Shown here: positions 1-14,185 of the stretch, piece by piece | How positions within the stretch are numbered: position 1 is the first letter of the stretch | Layout: each line of letters starts with the position of its first letter | NCBI RefSeq assembly: GCF_006345805.1 | Contig: NC_043011.1 | Span: 18,426,464-18,490,463 of the forward strand | DNA: 64,000 nt | Direction: 5' to 3' | Origin: Octopus sinensis | Taxonomy: Eukaryota | Notes under the pieces: model-generated | What the model saw: the letters and a program-made list of their open reading frames with translations, nothing else | The model's database searches: none | Told to the model about the DNA's origin: nothing | Program-made: the position numbers and the translations under genes

Positions 1-519
1 CTATTCCTTTCTCAATATCATCCGTTATGATTTCTATAATTATCCCTGCAATCTACCCTTTTTCTCTTAAGCAAATACTATAGCTGCATATGTAGTAACC
101 ACCATGCAGTTCTATACAGGTCTAGAAAAAATACAATGTTTATTGAATCTTAAAGAAGCATGCAATTTCTCTTCAATTATTTGACAATAGTGAGCTTAAA
201 ATGAAATACTTTATTATACGTATTGCTTGCATCATGTTTGCGAATGTTTGACTAAGTTATGTAGCTTCATTTAACGATAAATTCTGTTTGACAGACTTGG
301 TGCTATTGTCAGATATTAAAAAGTAATTATTATACAGAAATAAATATATGCATATATAATTGCATCTACAGGTGAACATAATCACATGTGAGCACTGAAT
401 CGGACTCGAGCCGTCAGCTCTTTTTTATTACGTAAATACAGCTAAAAGAGCCCACGCCATTAACATCTACGCGATTTTTCTATGATTGTGTACTAAGCTG
501 TTTAATTATCTAAGAATCT

Positions 520-790
520 ACATCACCCTCGTCATCATTGTAACTGCCGCAATCGTCTTTACCATCATCATCATTTTCATTGTCATCTTTATTATCGACA
601 TTATTTTAATCAACCTAATCATCGTTGATGTTATTATTATTATTGCCATCAATTTTACTAGCAATATTAACCTCACCACCAGCATCACCACCATCGTCAT
701 TGTTATCATCTTCACCACTATCATCAACAGCAGCAACAGCGGAAGCAACTACATTTCAATCATACGATTACCATTGATGGTGAAGCAATT
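520..790. repeat. Degenerate (ATC/ATT)n trinucleotide low-complexity tract
   Basis: Imperfect atc/att/acc runs; these produce the Ile/Thr-rich and Met-rich ORFs 486..887 and 518..748. Confidence 0.7.
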
Positions 791-1236
791 CTGTTATCAT
801 TTTCCTCTTTATTCGCCTATCAATGACAGATATGGATTATCCGAGATAAATGACTCTCCACCACATGACGTCCTCACTTCCACGTAGACAATGTACATCA
901 TTATTATGTCCATCACAGTAATCATAGCAACAAAAATATCTATCACTAAATTCATTATTATTTATCCCGCAGATCTTAGCTAGCAATTATTTTTACTCGT
1001 TTATGCACATTTATTTTGCTACTGAAAACTTTGAAGTACCATGCGTTATCCGGTAATGAGATACCCAGCTGATGTTTGAAGTTTAGTTCTAGAAATACAG
1101 TTATGCTTCAGATGCAAACCGATCATTCTAGTTACGTCAAATGAAATGCGATTAAGTCATTCCCACTTCGAGAATAGTATAACATACTCTGATGCGTTTT
1201 CTGTTATTTCGTCTCAGTATTTGTCTTTGTTAACGC

Positions 1237-1436
1237 GGCAACCTGGCATTACCTTACTGCACGAGGTAAAATGCTTAGCGGAATTTGATTTGTCTTTACG
1301 TCGTCAGCTCAAAATTCACTGGAGTCGACTTTGCCGTTAACCATTTCGCGGTCGATGAAATTAATAAAATTTGAACACTCGGGTCGATGTAATAGGTGTA
1401 AAACCTCTCGGCTGGCCCTGTACCAAAATTTAAGAC
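1237..1436 (+). mobile_element. Old tRNA-derived SINE copy (main family of this window)
   Basis: Matches the intact copy at 29800-30037 in order: aaatgcttagcgg ... gtcgactttgcc ... ggtcgat ... gggtcgatgtaat; heavily diverged. Confidence 0.65.
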
Positions 1437-2589
1437 CGATATTTTTCTTAGTTAAGTACTTTTAATTGTTTGGTTGTGAAGCGGTATAGGTATATATTGA
1501 AATTCAATCATGAAAAGTGAATAAATTCAATTATTTACTTCGTATTGCTCTTCATATTTGTGCAGAAATAAAGAGTGGATGCCTTCGAAAAACACAATGA
1601 TTGCTCATCCGTTATAATTACTTGGAAGTTACTTTCTAAACCATGTTGAAATTACTTTCAGATATCTGTAAATTTACAAATTTACTCACATGCATGGACT
1701 CAGTTTATTCCTCAAGATGGCTATCGCATCGAATACTATCATGATTATTAATATCATGATAATGGTTCCCTTAATCATTCCTGCCGCGCAGTTCAATACT
1801 TGTTAATTCATAATTCTTCAACCATCTTGATTCGATATTTTAAAAAAAATCGATATCCCATTAACATTTAAGACGCTTTTCCTCTTGATTATTATATGTG
1901 CTTAGTTTATGCTGATCTCTTTAATAGTCACGGCAGGTGTACCCTAATTAATTTCACCTGATTATTGTCACGTAGCGTGTTTGGTAGAGGTTTATAAGCA
2001 TTTACCCATTTCGGTATTTTGGTTAACAGATGTGAGAGCAGAATAGATTGCACGGATATAATATTACATTTCGGACGCTAGTTAGCCGGAGAGACTATGA
2101 CCAGTTGCATTATATTATTAATCTTAATGCATAGAGAGCCACGATAGTTTTTTTTTTTTATTTCTTGTCTTAATGAAATTAAACGTTGTGAAATTTTCCA
2201 ATAGAATATGAGAGTGACGGTTCTGCTGAAAAATACTGATACAAAAAAAGACAAAAATATAAAGCAACATTCGAAGATGATATTATTGGAAAGGGGGGAT
2301 TAAGAGTATTAATACTCTTTTTCACATCGTAACAAACTTCATTTCATTACAGTTCATATTTTCTTTTGTAGGGTGTTTGGAGGAAGCTTTAAAGTTCTTC
2401 TGTGTAGTTCATTTAAACGTTCTCTTTTCCTGTATTTTCAATGTAAACCTTTTCTTAAGTGACAGTTACTTGTACTTTATTCATGGATATTACACTATAT
2501 ATAAAATAGAGTTATAACTTTTTCACATTCCCATTTCTATCTGTTAGTTGCTGTTTTTCTCAATTCTTACATCCTCTATCTACATAATC

Positions 2590-2690
2590 TTTCTTCTTTC
2601 TTCTTTCTTCTTCTTCTTCTTTTCCTTTTCTTCTTCTTCTTCTTCTTCTTCTTCCAATAATAATAATAATAATAATTATAATAATAATAA
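2590..2690. repeat. Compound (TTC)n + (AAT)n microsatellite
   Basis: Read directly; sits immediately 5' of a Dong-like LINE fragment. Confidence 0.95.
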
Positions 2691-2699
2691 AGTTTTTCT

Positions 2700-4250
2700 T
2701 GAAGAAGTGGCAAAAATGCTACAGCTCCAGAGAAAAGCGGGACTCGTAATAATCAAAACTATCCCCATTACAAGAGGGATATTCCAGGGAGACACGCTCT
2801 CTCTACTCCTTTTTGGCTAGGCACTAACACCTTTATCCGTTATGCTAAGCAAAGCCGGATGTGGATACAACTGTGACGGAAAACAATATACCATCTCTCG
2901 TATATGGATAATTTAAAACTGTATGGTACAAATAATAAACAGCTGAAAAAATTGCTACAAAAAGTACATGGATTTTCCAAAGAAATCATTATGAAATTTA
3001 TCCTAGGAAACTGTGCTAAAACAACCCTCAAAAGAGAAAAACTGTCAAGATTAACAACTTCACATTAGGTAAAGCAAATGCAAGAAGAGAATTGGGTGAA
3101 AGCAATTCATAGAAATACTTAGGGATAAATGTTCTAGATACGATACAGCGCACACAAATGAAAGGGAAGATAGAAAAGGAATATTATAGACTAGTTAGAT
3201 TAGTACTGCAAGCAAATCTCAATCTAAAAAACAAAATAATAAGTATCAACACTCTAGCCGTCCACGTTATAAGTTGCAGCTACAGTATTCTTAACTGGAC
3301 GCTAAATGAACTAATCAAAATAGATGGGAAAACAAAAAAAGAATATGACAGGATTTAGGATGCACCGATCTGACATAGAAAGATTATCTATACAATGTAT
3401 CGAAGATGGTAGAGGCCGCATAGATCTAGAAAACTATTACAAAATAACGACCATAGGATTACAGAAGCAAAGAAAACTAATACAAATTGCCACAAAACAC
3501 GAACTAAACAAAAATCTGTTTTCTGTTTAAAAAAAGCTAAGAAATGCAAAAACTAAGCTGTAGTAACTAACAGCTATGAAGAAAAAGAAAAAACAACAAA
3601 AGTTGTAAAAATCCGATATCCAAACTAAAAGTGGAACAGCAACATATCATGAGAAAACGATCGCAATACAAGCCCCTACATGGCAAATAAAGGAGTAAAC
3701 TAAACAGAAAAGAAATAGACAACATAAAATACCAACAATGGCTGACTAAGAAGCTCAGGACTCAAATCAGATACTGGAGGATTCTTTTTTATAGCAGAAA
3801 ATCAAAAGACTTCCCACCAGAAATCACCAAAAACACATAAAGTAATACAAGTATAGTGCATGAAGAAGAAGATACAATAAACAGTACAGCCTTTGGTTGC
3901 CCAGTCCTGTCTAAGAAGAAATGTATTCACAATCAAGAAAATTTCGGACCCATATATGCTAGATCAGTATGGAATAAGAACAGAAAAAGTATGGCATACG
4001 CACACCCAAGAAATGAGAAAGCAACTTTATTCTGGGATATGCCAATAAACACAGATACAGAAAGCTAGACTAATAGGTCAGAGTACACCAAGGAAGTGAA
4101 ACTGCTTTCTAATCCATGTATCGACGCCAACTGGTGATAATGTTTCTCTAAAAGAAACGGAGAAACTTTCAAAATAAGAAGATCTGGAAATAATTAACTC
4201 GAATGTGAAGCATAGAAACAGAAACAATTTCTATTATAATAGGCGCCTTA
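2700..4250 (+). mobile_element. 5'-truncated, decayed R4/Dong-like non-LTR retrotransposon (copy A, family 1)
   Basis: RT motif RGIFQGDTLSLLLF, INTLAV..SYSILNW, GCPVLSKKKCIHNQ, LFWDMPINTD and the REL-endonuclease region; colinear with copy 52215-54450; many stops and frameshifts. Confidence 0.9.
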
Positions 4251-4301
4251 GCTGTTCTTTTATTAATTGTTTTCCTTCTTTAAATTATCTGACTGCAGCG
4301 A

Positions 4302-4410
4302 AGCTGGAGCACCGATGTAGTAAAACATTCGACCCCAGGACTTATTCATTGGAAGCCTAGTACTTATTTTATCGGTCATTTCTGCAGAACCGTTGGTGGG
4401 CGGGGGACAA
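4302..4410 (-). mobile_element. SINE 3' fragment (related subfamily)
   Basis: gctggagcaccg...tcgaccccaggacttattc...agcctagtacttattttatcggtc is the reverse complement of a SINE body sharing the ggggtcga/taagtact core. Confidence 0.55.
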
Positions 4411-4439
4411 ACTCAGACACACACAGACACAGACACAGA

Positions 4440-4760
4440 AGTCTTTCAATATGATGTTTGGCTTATTCGCATGTATCTTTCTGTCAGTTTGAATGGTGAA
4501 GTTCCAGAGGAGTGAGATGTGATCATTTTCAAGCACTAGAGGTGGTTTGTGTTCCAACCAGTTTTTATTATGGCGCAAATCCAGGTTTTTGCAGAAGAGG
4601 AGAGAGCCGGAAGCTCCGGTGGACAGAACGTGCAATGGTAAACAGCTCCGATTAGAAGACATTTACTTCGACCACTGAGCAGGTGCCGCTGTCCATTGCA
4701 GTGATTCGGGCTCTGAAAACGGTTTCGAAATAGCCTTCTTTTAGGACGGCTTCCCATATT
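4440..4760 (-). mobile_element. R4/Dong-like C-terminal fragment (REL endonuclease region)
   Basis: ORF 4369..4662 contains WLEHKPPLVLENDHISLLWNFTIQTDRKIHANKPNIILKD, homologous to VTENEKATILWDMPMHTDREIKANRPDIVV at 52580..53098. Confidence 0.75.
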
Positions 4761-7639
4761 TTATTGTACTATACTAATCACTCTGTTAAGAATGATTGCA
4801 AGAGATTCATGAATAATTTTAAGAGAGAACATTCGAAGAAGCCATCCCTAGAATATTTCCTCTTCCTTAATTATCCAAGCTTCCTGAAAATCAGTGAATA
4901 AATATTAACTCGTTGCATACTATTATTTCCAATAGCCCTAAACTATAGGATCGTAATTATATAAATTTATTATCAAAAATGATGTAATGTAGGCCCATCA
5001 CGAAACATCACGAAATCTAACGACTAGAAATAAATAACTCATCATTTATTATTTAATATTTGAGCTGTATATATCACATTTATTGCTGCCCCAGCTAATT
5101 TTTACTATTGTGTATATCTATGTAAAACTAAACCATCCCTATTTCAAACAACCATAAGAAATGTGTATATTTTGGAACGGTAGAATTGCAGTGGCCTGTC
5201 AAATTCCTGCAGACAACCCCAGTGTATTTTAATCCAGGAATTCTTGGCTAGACTGATGCATGTGGCATGTTTGTATAGTCATTAAGTGGAGTATTTTCCG
5301 CAAATTACCTGAACTCCAGGAAAATCCTAAGCATAATAATTGACTGTCTACATTCTTAGTAAAGACACAGAAGCGAAACATGCTATTTAACTAACCAGTC
5401 TTTCACAAGGTGATATAGTTCTATGTGTGTTTGCTTTTATTCTTTTTCTGTCACCTTTTATTCAACTCAGGTCTTTCACTTATGTGAAAGATATATTCAA
5501 CGATGGAATTTTTGTGCTAATATTCGTATTGCTATTGCGTGTTTGACTCTTCTATTTTTCTTTACGTTCCAGTCGTGCATTTACCTTCATTATTTACGAG
5601 TGTACATCCAACTAGACGTCCTGCAACACTCTTTTGTATGTAACTGCTTATGAGACTTTTATGGAGAGTAAATAATTGTTCATAAGAGAAGTATATGATT
5701 TTTATTTATGTTTGCAAGCTCCGATGTTACAAAAGATAAATCAAGGACTCAATATAAATTTAGACAATTGAATACAAATATTTTGCCTAATTTTTAACAA
5801 TTCCGTCATCCGCTTCATTAGGCTAATAATATGGAAAGCATACATTTTGGATCAGTGATGTGTTGGACATAAACTAGTACAAATGATGCTTATATTTATG
5901 AACATACCCTGATGTCATAGTATTACCCCATGCTTGGGGAGAGGAAAAGCATTTCTTACCGACCAAATTAGTCGTTATTATCTTAACATTTATAGAATAT
6001 TGAGTAATAAAGGGATAGACTATCTAATCCCGTTTTCCTTTTTAGAGAATTTGAAACATTGAAACATGGGTTGTGTTACCAATTGGAATAATGTGTATCG
6101 ACGTAGAAATGTTTTAGACAGGGAGGGTATAATGCAATGAGATTTTAATATTACGTGTTATGAAGTTTAGAGTTAATTTTCTGTCGGTCTCATTGGGATG
6201 TTGGCATTTTTTACATTTCAGTGAAACAAAGCAGCCGTACAAAAATAAATTCCTATGCCATCTGACTGATGCATGGCAACAACAGACGCGGTCGCTCAGG
6301 TCGAATTGCTTGCGTAAGCACTGACTAGTTTTGTAATAAGGGTAGTTTTGTAATAAAGGTAGAAGCAAAATAAAGAGTTGTGCAATCATGCCTTAAACAA
6401 CGTTTGTGCACTTTAGTTTAATTAAAATTTTACTGTTTTTAAAATACATATTTAACTCCTCTTTTTTCTGTTCTTTTAAACGTCATACTAGGAAAATATT
6501 AAATATATATTTGTATAATTTGTATATTTTCGATGATAAATTTACAAGTTAGAGTGCATTTTCAAATTTATTCATCTTTGTCTAGTAATCTAAAATACTA
6601 AGGTAAGTTTGTTGCAACCAAAATAATATTTTACAAAGCTATTGATGTCCATATTCTTTCTACTATCCTTATGCAACGTGGGTAAGTGCTCCACTTCCAC
6701 CCTGTAACCTTTCACGCTCTCTAAACTTTCATAACTTTCTTTCTGGCCTATGCTTTGCTTATGTCATCTGTGTTTATCTTAGGACCATGAAATACGATCA
6801 GCCAAATCGCAATGATGATACTGATTGCATAATTTTTGATTTTAATATAATCTATTTTGCTTCTTTTTTTTATTATTAACATGGTAATTAAATCTGGCCG
6901 AATTGAAAATTGGAAAAAAGTATTATATTTCATAAGATTTGATTATTTACAATTTTGTTATTAAAATGAAAATAAATCTGAGTGAATGAACAGAAAATAA
7001 ATAGAAAGAGAATACGATTTTTGATTAACCAATTTAGTGATCCCTGAAATCTTATGACATTTGAAACATGTGCAATGTCTGTTTTCAATTAAAATAAAGC
7101 CGCAAATATTTTTCCCTTAACCCACCCACTGTATTTTGTTCAAAATTGTTCGCTGTCTAGAGCAGAAGGTAAAACCGGTCCAGATTAATCGGCTCAGGCC
7201 ATTCTATGAGTATGTGACACAATCTTTCAGTTTCCAGCGTTGAACTGTTGTCGTTACACATGGTTATCAAAATGATTTGATACAATATACGTTAAATTTA
7301 CTTAATATCATTGCCTCGACTGAGACTTACAGTATTATATCATAACTAGAATAAGTCATCGAATGTATTACCTAATAATTATAATGAGAAGATTTAATGT
7401 ACAAACGAAGTACATGTTTCCGGTTGATGTACTGGTATTGATATTACCTGTCAATATATTTATATAGTAATATCTTTAAATTGCAATGACAAAATAATGT
7501 TTCAAGCTACATTTCGTTTACCATATAATTATACACATGTATGAAACCTAGGTATATAAACTCTAACATTGCTAACCTCTAAACATTTTCTGTATTATAA
7601 ATCTTGAATGCATATAGAGTTTGCTATATCGTCAGTGAA

Positions 7640-9790
7640 GATATACGATGTGCAAGCTGGTTCCAATCACTCATAGCACTCTCACTACAGGCGTCCACTT
7701 TCCGCAAACCCACTTTGCGACAGGTATCTCCTCTCCAAACAGATTTTACTCTTAAGGTTGCAGTTACAATAACTCACCAACCCTCGTCTGGTGATGAAAG
7801 TACCTGTCTCAATCCCTCTTTTACGCGTCTTTCACATTGTCACTTTCAGTATGGCTACTACACAGAAAAAAAAACCCGCCTGTTTCTCCTTGTTAAAGGA
7901 AGGAGGCGGTACAATATTGATAGATCCATCTGATATCTCGACTATTTCTCTCGTTAGCATCTGCTCAACATAGTCTATCAGTTCCCTTATTTCCGCACAC
8001 TGTACAAAGACCTGCAGGACAGTTTCTCGCCCGCACCTCGAGCATGTAGATGGGGTGGCACAGCCGTGCCTCGAGGTCCTCTTTCAAAGAGGTAAGGCTG
8101 ATAGGTAACACAACCAAGCTGATAGGTAACACAATCCGACCCGAAAGTTCTTCAGAGCATGTTGATCAACTGATTTCTTTCAAAGCCCATGGTCTCCCCC
8201 CAGACCATAGTCTAACATGAACTCTACTAGTGCAATACAAGTTCGCGGAGAAACCTACGCCGCCGGTGTTACCCGCCCGGGAGAGCAGTGTGAGTGCCTG
8301 TCGACACGCCAACTGCTAGGACTTCACCTGAACAATGGGCCCAAATGCCGCAAGGAGGTTAATTGCGGAAAGAAAAACTTTACGTGCAGTGACCACACCT
8401 GCTCATCATCCAGATAGAGCCAGGTAGGGGCGATCCACGACGACTAGGCTGGTAGGTTATAACAGATGCTTTAAACACCTGCGTTACCTTCGCCCTTCCT
8501 AGCACAGATAATGCCCGTCCAGACCAGGTGTGGGTCAGTAGCCAGATCCCTGTCTATGTACTCTACTTATGTGCATCCTACACGTTTTCCCTGTAGGAAG
8601 CAAAACAAAACTGTGGACAACTTAAACTAAACTTATCTCTGTTGTTAACTATTATCCTATCTATGTAAGACCTGACTAAACCATCGCTATTACTTCAGGT
8701 CCACACTGCAACGTTCGCGTAATCGAGTTTATAACGATCTGCCAGCTTAAATCGCATAAGCAGATCAATGAAGCGTGAGTTTCCTGATGTGTATCTAGAA
8801 TAGCATTCAAATCTCCCAACACATGTCTTAGACGCCACAAGAACATTCTTTAGGCGTAGAAATAAATCAGTTGTTTCGCTTGCCGTACCCGGCGCATAAA
8901 TTCCCATCAACTTGAAAGCCTTACTGATGTACGTCAAGTCAAGAACAAGAAGCACACGTTCAGGATCTATAGAGATTATACGTATCTGCTCAGCCAAACT
9001 ACTGCCCCTCCTCGGCATCATATCTGGCTAAGGTACGTGATATTCTCAGAGCCATTCAGGTGAGTCGTGAACGCCTGCAGTTTGTCCAGCTTGGCCTCCG
9101 TAGCGACCATCACATCTATACTATGTGACGTGGGGTTGTCGAGGAAACATTATTGATTCCACTTCGAATTCAGATCACGTACATTTAAGCATTCAAAGCT
9201 AAGTACTGCCATTCGAGATACAAAGACTTGCATACCTGTCCTTTGTCGATGAAGGGGATTTAACTTCAAAGAGTCTGATGTACCCTCCACTTTATTTTAA
9301 ATCTTTAAAAAGATTTTCGGATATTTTCCTTACACATATGTATTTCCAATGTCGTTTATATACAGTTGGGTGGTGTGATGTGGTTTTATTATCCTGTCAA
9401 GTTAATTGTTTTTTCTATTATATTTTATATGAACTCATTTTCAGGGGGGTTTTTTGAAGTAAAGGGGTGGTCCTTGTAAATGTTGTTGTCTTTGTATGCC
9501 GTTCCTTTCTTTTGTGGGTGTTATAGGTTGTGAAGGGTTGGGAGACACATTAGGACTTTTAGTTATTTTCCTTGTTACCGTTTGGTATTCTACTTCCTAC
9601 ATTTCTACATTTAGTATGGCGGTCTCTGCTATTGGTGTCGTTGCTGCGTCTTCTTCCAGTACTGGTTCAATTTCTATTATAGTTTAAGGGTTTGCTTTAG
9701 TTAAAGTTGCAGGATTTGATGTATCTTCAGTTACGGTTTTTGCAACTGTTTTCTCTTTTTGTTTTGTTGGTCTTTTGTTTTTTTCAGTTT
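7640..9790 (-). mobile_element. Decayed L1/Tx1-like LINE: ORF1 tail, APE endonuclease, post-RT region and CCHC end; RT core missing
   Basis: ORF2 start MAVLSFECLNVRDLN at 9212; GIYAP endonuclease motif in 8695..9021; WSGR..S.LGRAKV..F.ASVITY at ~8450-8550; CSRCGRETVLQVFVQC at ~8000-8060; T/K/P-rich ORF1-like stretch 9480-9790. Confidence 0.8.
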
Positions 9791-10305
9791 TTCCCGTTTT
9801 CTTGGTATTAACGAGAAACTGAACACAAATATGATGAATAATTAATTACACACCATTTAGGCTATCGTATCTTCAATATTCACTAAGCGATTCTAACTGA
9901 TTAACGATTAAGGAATGCAAATAAACAAATTCCTTATTAGATTAAATTTGCCGTTTTTTATTTAGTCTTCAAATCAGCCTGCTTTCTCACACTTATGCTG
10001 AAGTTCGTATCGTCCAATACAACCTAATGTGGGTGCGAATGCTATGTTGTATCTTACAGTAGTTTGGCTGCCATTTCTAGCAACGTCAACGTCTATGCCG
10101 ATTTTCCTGTTTCCTCTCCATAGAAAAGATGTTCAAATTTTGCGGTTAATCACTGAAAATTTCATAGAGGTTTGGCTTTTGTTGTCGGTCTTTCGCATGC
10201 CGTGCGAACACAACACTTATTCTATTAATGATTGCATATCATTCTCCAGTTCATATCTATATAATTCATCTTGCAGATCAATTTTTTTTAAATAATTCTA
10301 ATTAT

Positions 10306-10693
10306 AACAAGAGCACTCAGAGAGCGCAAACCTCTGCCAAGGCCATACCAGCGTCCTCTCAATGACTAGCCAAGAGCTGATTTTTAAAATGAGAATATCT
10401 GGAATAAACTCGACTGCGCTCACGAGCGAGAATACTAAAAATGAACGCGACCACTCTCAAAATTTAAATAAAAGAAATATCAAAAATGGTCCAGAATCCT
10501 TTCCCGGCACCAGATTGACCCCAAAATCTAATCAGTTCATGCCAGTCACGAGGCGAAATATCATCCGAATCCATCCAGTGATTTTGAGATGTCTTTTCCT
10601 CGAACAAACAATCACGACTGCAAACAATGCCTTCGCCTTCGTGAAGGCGAAGGCGGACCTTCGCCTTCGTGAAGGCGAAGGCGGAGGGAATAA
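10306..10693 (+). mobile_element. Non-autonomous Helentron-associated (HINE/DINE-1-like) element
   Basis: 5' aacaagagcactcagagagcgcaaacctctgcc and a 3' GC-rich hairpin ending ggcggaggg; homologous to the inverted copy at 60555-60902; superfamily call is inference from the terminal structure. Confidence 0.55.
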
Positions 10694-13384
10694 GACAATA
10701 ATGAAATGTCGGCCCCCATGGTAGTTGGTAGCCTTTAATCATAAGCTTATTTGGTTGGTACTCGAATAACGTAACATCATTTTTAGACCGTCGCCTTGAA
10801 AGAGTAAAAAAAAGAGAGAGAGATGCGACACAAAGATAGAGGGAAATCTGATTTGCATTGCTGAATTAATACTGGCATCGTATCTGACACCGCTCTTCGA
10901 TAAAGAGAAATATAACAACAAACTGCAAAAAGCAGGAAGCAAAAATTACATTTATATATAAAATTTAAATATTTGCAAAACATTTAATTCATTAAAAATG
11001 ATATATTATCTGTACTACATTCCTAAAATTAACGTGTATTAGCATTCTGTTGCTTCATAATCCGAACGCAGATTGCAGGAGTTCATTTCTTCTATAGAAC
11101 TTTTAGAATCGATTGAATTATTTGACTAAATTACCAAAATGTAAGTAATTTTTGAATGCAAGAACCTTGAACTCAGGGCATAGGTTTTACAAAAATTCCT
11201 AGCCTACTTTGTTATTCTTTCAATAAAGCTCGTTTATCATGTTCAGCTGAGAAATAGTAAATGTAAGAATGTTTGTTTATTCGATATTCATTGAAAAACA
11301 ATTTTAACTAACCTCTGGGCAAGCACACATGTTTACAGGAGTGTCAACAATTGGTAAAACTTTGGAAAACACACTGGGAATAGAAATGTCGATATTTTCT
11401 TTCTGTATGTAAACAAAACTGCGATTAAGTTTTGTTATTTAAATTCATATCAAAATAGGATTATAACTTCTTAATATGATTTGTGCTTTGACATTTGGCA
11501 CCATCATAATCACCGTTGTCACTTACACCACAAGGATCATTAACAATACAGAATAATAATGATCGAAACCAATGACAAACTCCGAATCAATCAGCAGCGT
11601 TATCATAATTAAAACTCTTACTCAAGCACATTACAAAATTGAATATGATGCCCTTACATTCATCAAATCCAAAAGCAAACATAAACACGTCGATTGTATG
11701 TAACTGATACATCTTCTGCAAATAAGAAATAAAATCAGATTACATCTATATGTGTACACAATAAGTGGCAAATTATCTAATATATTGCCCTCGATAAGAA
11801 ATACGGAAACGACTGGCTGCAGTTTCGTGGCAGAATTAATTTGTCTATTGTGCCATCTCAACAATGATTAACATCGGTCTACATCAACAATATTGATAAC
11901 AAAAATAAAAGTACTATTTTCACAATTACTGTCACTATTTCGTGCATGATCAACTCAAGTACCACTAGCAATATAATTAACTTCCTTGAATCGCGAGGCG
12001 AAAACTAATTTCACGTTGTCGATATTATCGCTACACCATTCAACACACGCGTTCAATTTCTTAATTACTGCACACAGCAACAGCATCTTCCCTTTATTAC
12101 CAGTATTCTCATCAACATACAATACCGTCCTCATTGTGAAGTGTTGTCAGTGTGAAGCGTCTTCAGGATGCATCGTCGTCAGTGGGAAGCGAATCTTTTA
12201 TGAACTAAATTGCAAGTTGCTCAACCTACAACATCATTAGCAATATGAAGAATACTATTATCACCAACAAAATGTTTCACAGTTCCCCTCAATTAAAAGA
12301 AAATCACCTACATCTCCATTTAAAACTGAGTAATATCAAACCGACGTCGACTGACGCATCAATTAAATTCTCACATTTTGATTTTCACTTAAGCATCAAT
12401 GTTCATTGTCACTGATATATCCCGCACACAGTATACGCCCCGATATACATTTGAAAATTATTCAGCCTTATGCTTGATATTCTTCTTGTTCTCAATGCAC
12501 ATCTGACCCAAATATACTCACGACGTCTTAAAACTGTCATCAACACTACCAATCCAGTTATCATTATCTCAAAGTCATCAGTGGAGATATATCATAGTAA
12601 ATATTCTTCTAAAAAATTATTACGAAAACTATGAGAAAAAGCACACAAATTTCCTTTGTTCCAAACTGCGCCTTTGAATGTCATTAAATTAGGACTTCTT
12701 TCGGAGTCAAAGAAATTAGTCTTTAATTATTTTAATGATTTTAATTGTAGGACTACCACCATGTTGGGACATCATATCCTACACTGTTCCAATATAACAT
12801 AAAAAGGCAATCTATATTATACTCAATTAAAACTATAATAAAGACGATATAACCTGCTGACTCTCGAACGCTTTCTACTATTCCGATAAACTAATGGAAT
12901 GGAATATATTCCATTCCATTTGTCTTCAATTTCCAATTTCAGGCATTGTGCCTATAGTAGGGAGGATTATTCTTGTTTGCTATGTACTTGATATTGCTCA
13001 AACAGCAAGATGTAAGCATCTATAATTGATTGTATGGATTGGATCCATACAGTTAATTATGCCCGTCTTCGTATATGTTTTGTCAATGGCTAATGGATTT
13101 CTTCAGTACGGCTTAATTTTATGCCAATGCATTTTACAGGGTTTCAACAAAATTTATTTCTAAATATCTAATGGAAAATATTTAACATAATTTACAAAAT
13201 CCATTCCCATTGATTGATACATAGAAATACAATTATATTCAATTGAGGTAATGCATGTAGAATTAAGGGCACCTTTGCAGTGATTCGATGGATAGGTACG
13301 TAGGTTGCTAGTTTGCATATACTTATGCGTGTGTATGCATATATGTCTATCTGTCTTATTTCTTTACTGCCCATAAGCAGCTAT

Positions 13385-13540
13385 TCACAGAAGGGACAAA
13401 CAAACACAAACAGATTAAGTCGACGGTATCAACCCCAGTGAGTAACTGGTACTTATTTAATCGACCCCGAAAGGATGAAAGGCGAAGTCGACATCGGCAG
13501 AATTTAAACTCAGTACGTAGCGGCAGACGAAATACCGGCG
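13385..13540 (-). mobile_element. tRNA-derived SINE, partial
   Basis: gattaagtcgac...aaccccagtg..taactggtacttatttaatcgaccccgaaaggatgaaaggc matches the reverse complement of 29800-30037. Confidence 0.9.
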
Positions 13541-13595
13541 TGCTATCTATCTATCTATCTATCTATATATATATATATATATATATCCTTCTGCA

Positions 13596-13629
<34 letters not shown>

Positions 13630-13974
13630 ACCTAACGCAAAACATATTGCAGATAAATCTCCTTAGGGTTGGCTTAGCTTTTCATTCTCACACAGTATTC
13701 CCAGATTATCAGAAGTGGTATCTACTCTTAGTTATGCTGGAATGGAATTATATATTTAATTGCATAAAATACCACAAAACATTATTGTAGTAGATCTGAA
13801 TTTAAGATTTAGAACCTGAAAAAAAAACTAAACATTGGTACGACTCGTACTGCAATTATTACAATTTTCACATTATGCATATTTTTACAGCTCATCGGGA
13901 TAAATTCTAATTACTAACAGACAATTAGAACCTTGGATTTGAACTTCTAACATTACATTATTGTGAGATGGTGT

Positions 13975-14185
13975 GGCGAGCTGGCTGAATTGTTAGCCAT
14001 CCGGACAAAATACTTAGCGCATATGGTCCGTCTATAAATTCAAATTTGAAATCTCGCAAAAGGGAGATTTCTCTTTCATCCATTCGGGCTCGATATAATA
14101 CATACCATTTAAATACGGGGGTCGCTGTAATCGACTTAAACTGTCCCCTAATAGTTCACTGCTTGTGCCAAGATTTGAAACCATG
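13975..14185 (+). mobile_element. tRNA-derived SINE, diverged
   Basis: ggcgagctggc...cttagcg...tttcatccattcggg..cgata...ggggtcgctgtaatcgactt...cttgtgccaagatttgaaacc. Confidence 0.8.

Noticed and set aside
11480-12560. ORFs 11631..11864 and 11986..12240
   Set aside because: Aged low-complexity ATC/AAT-rich sequence with no motifs.
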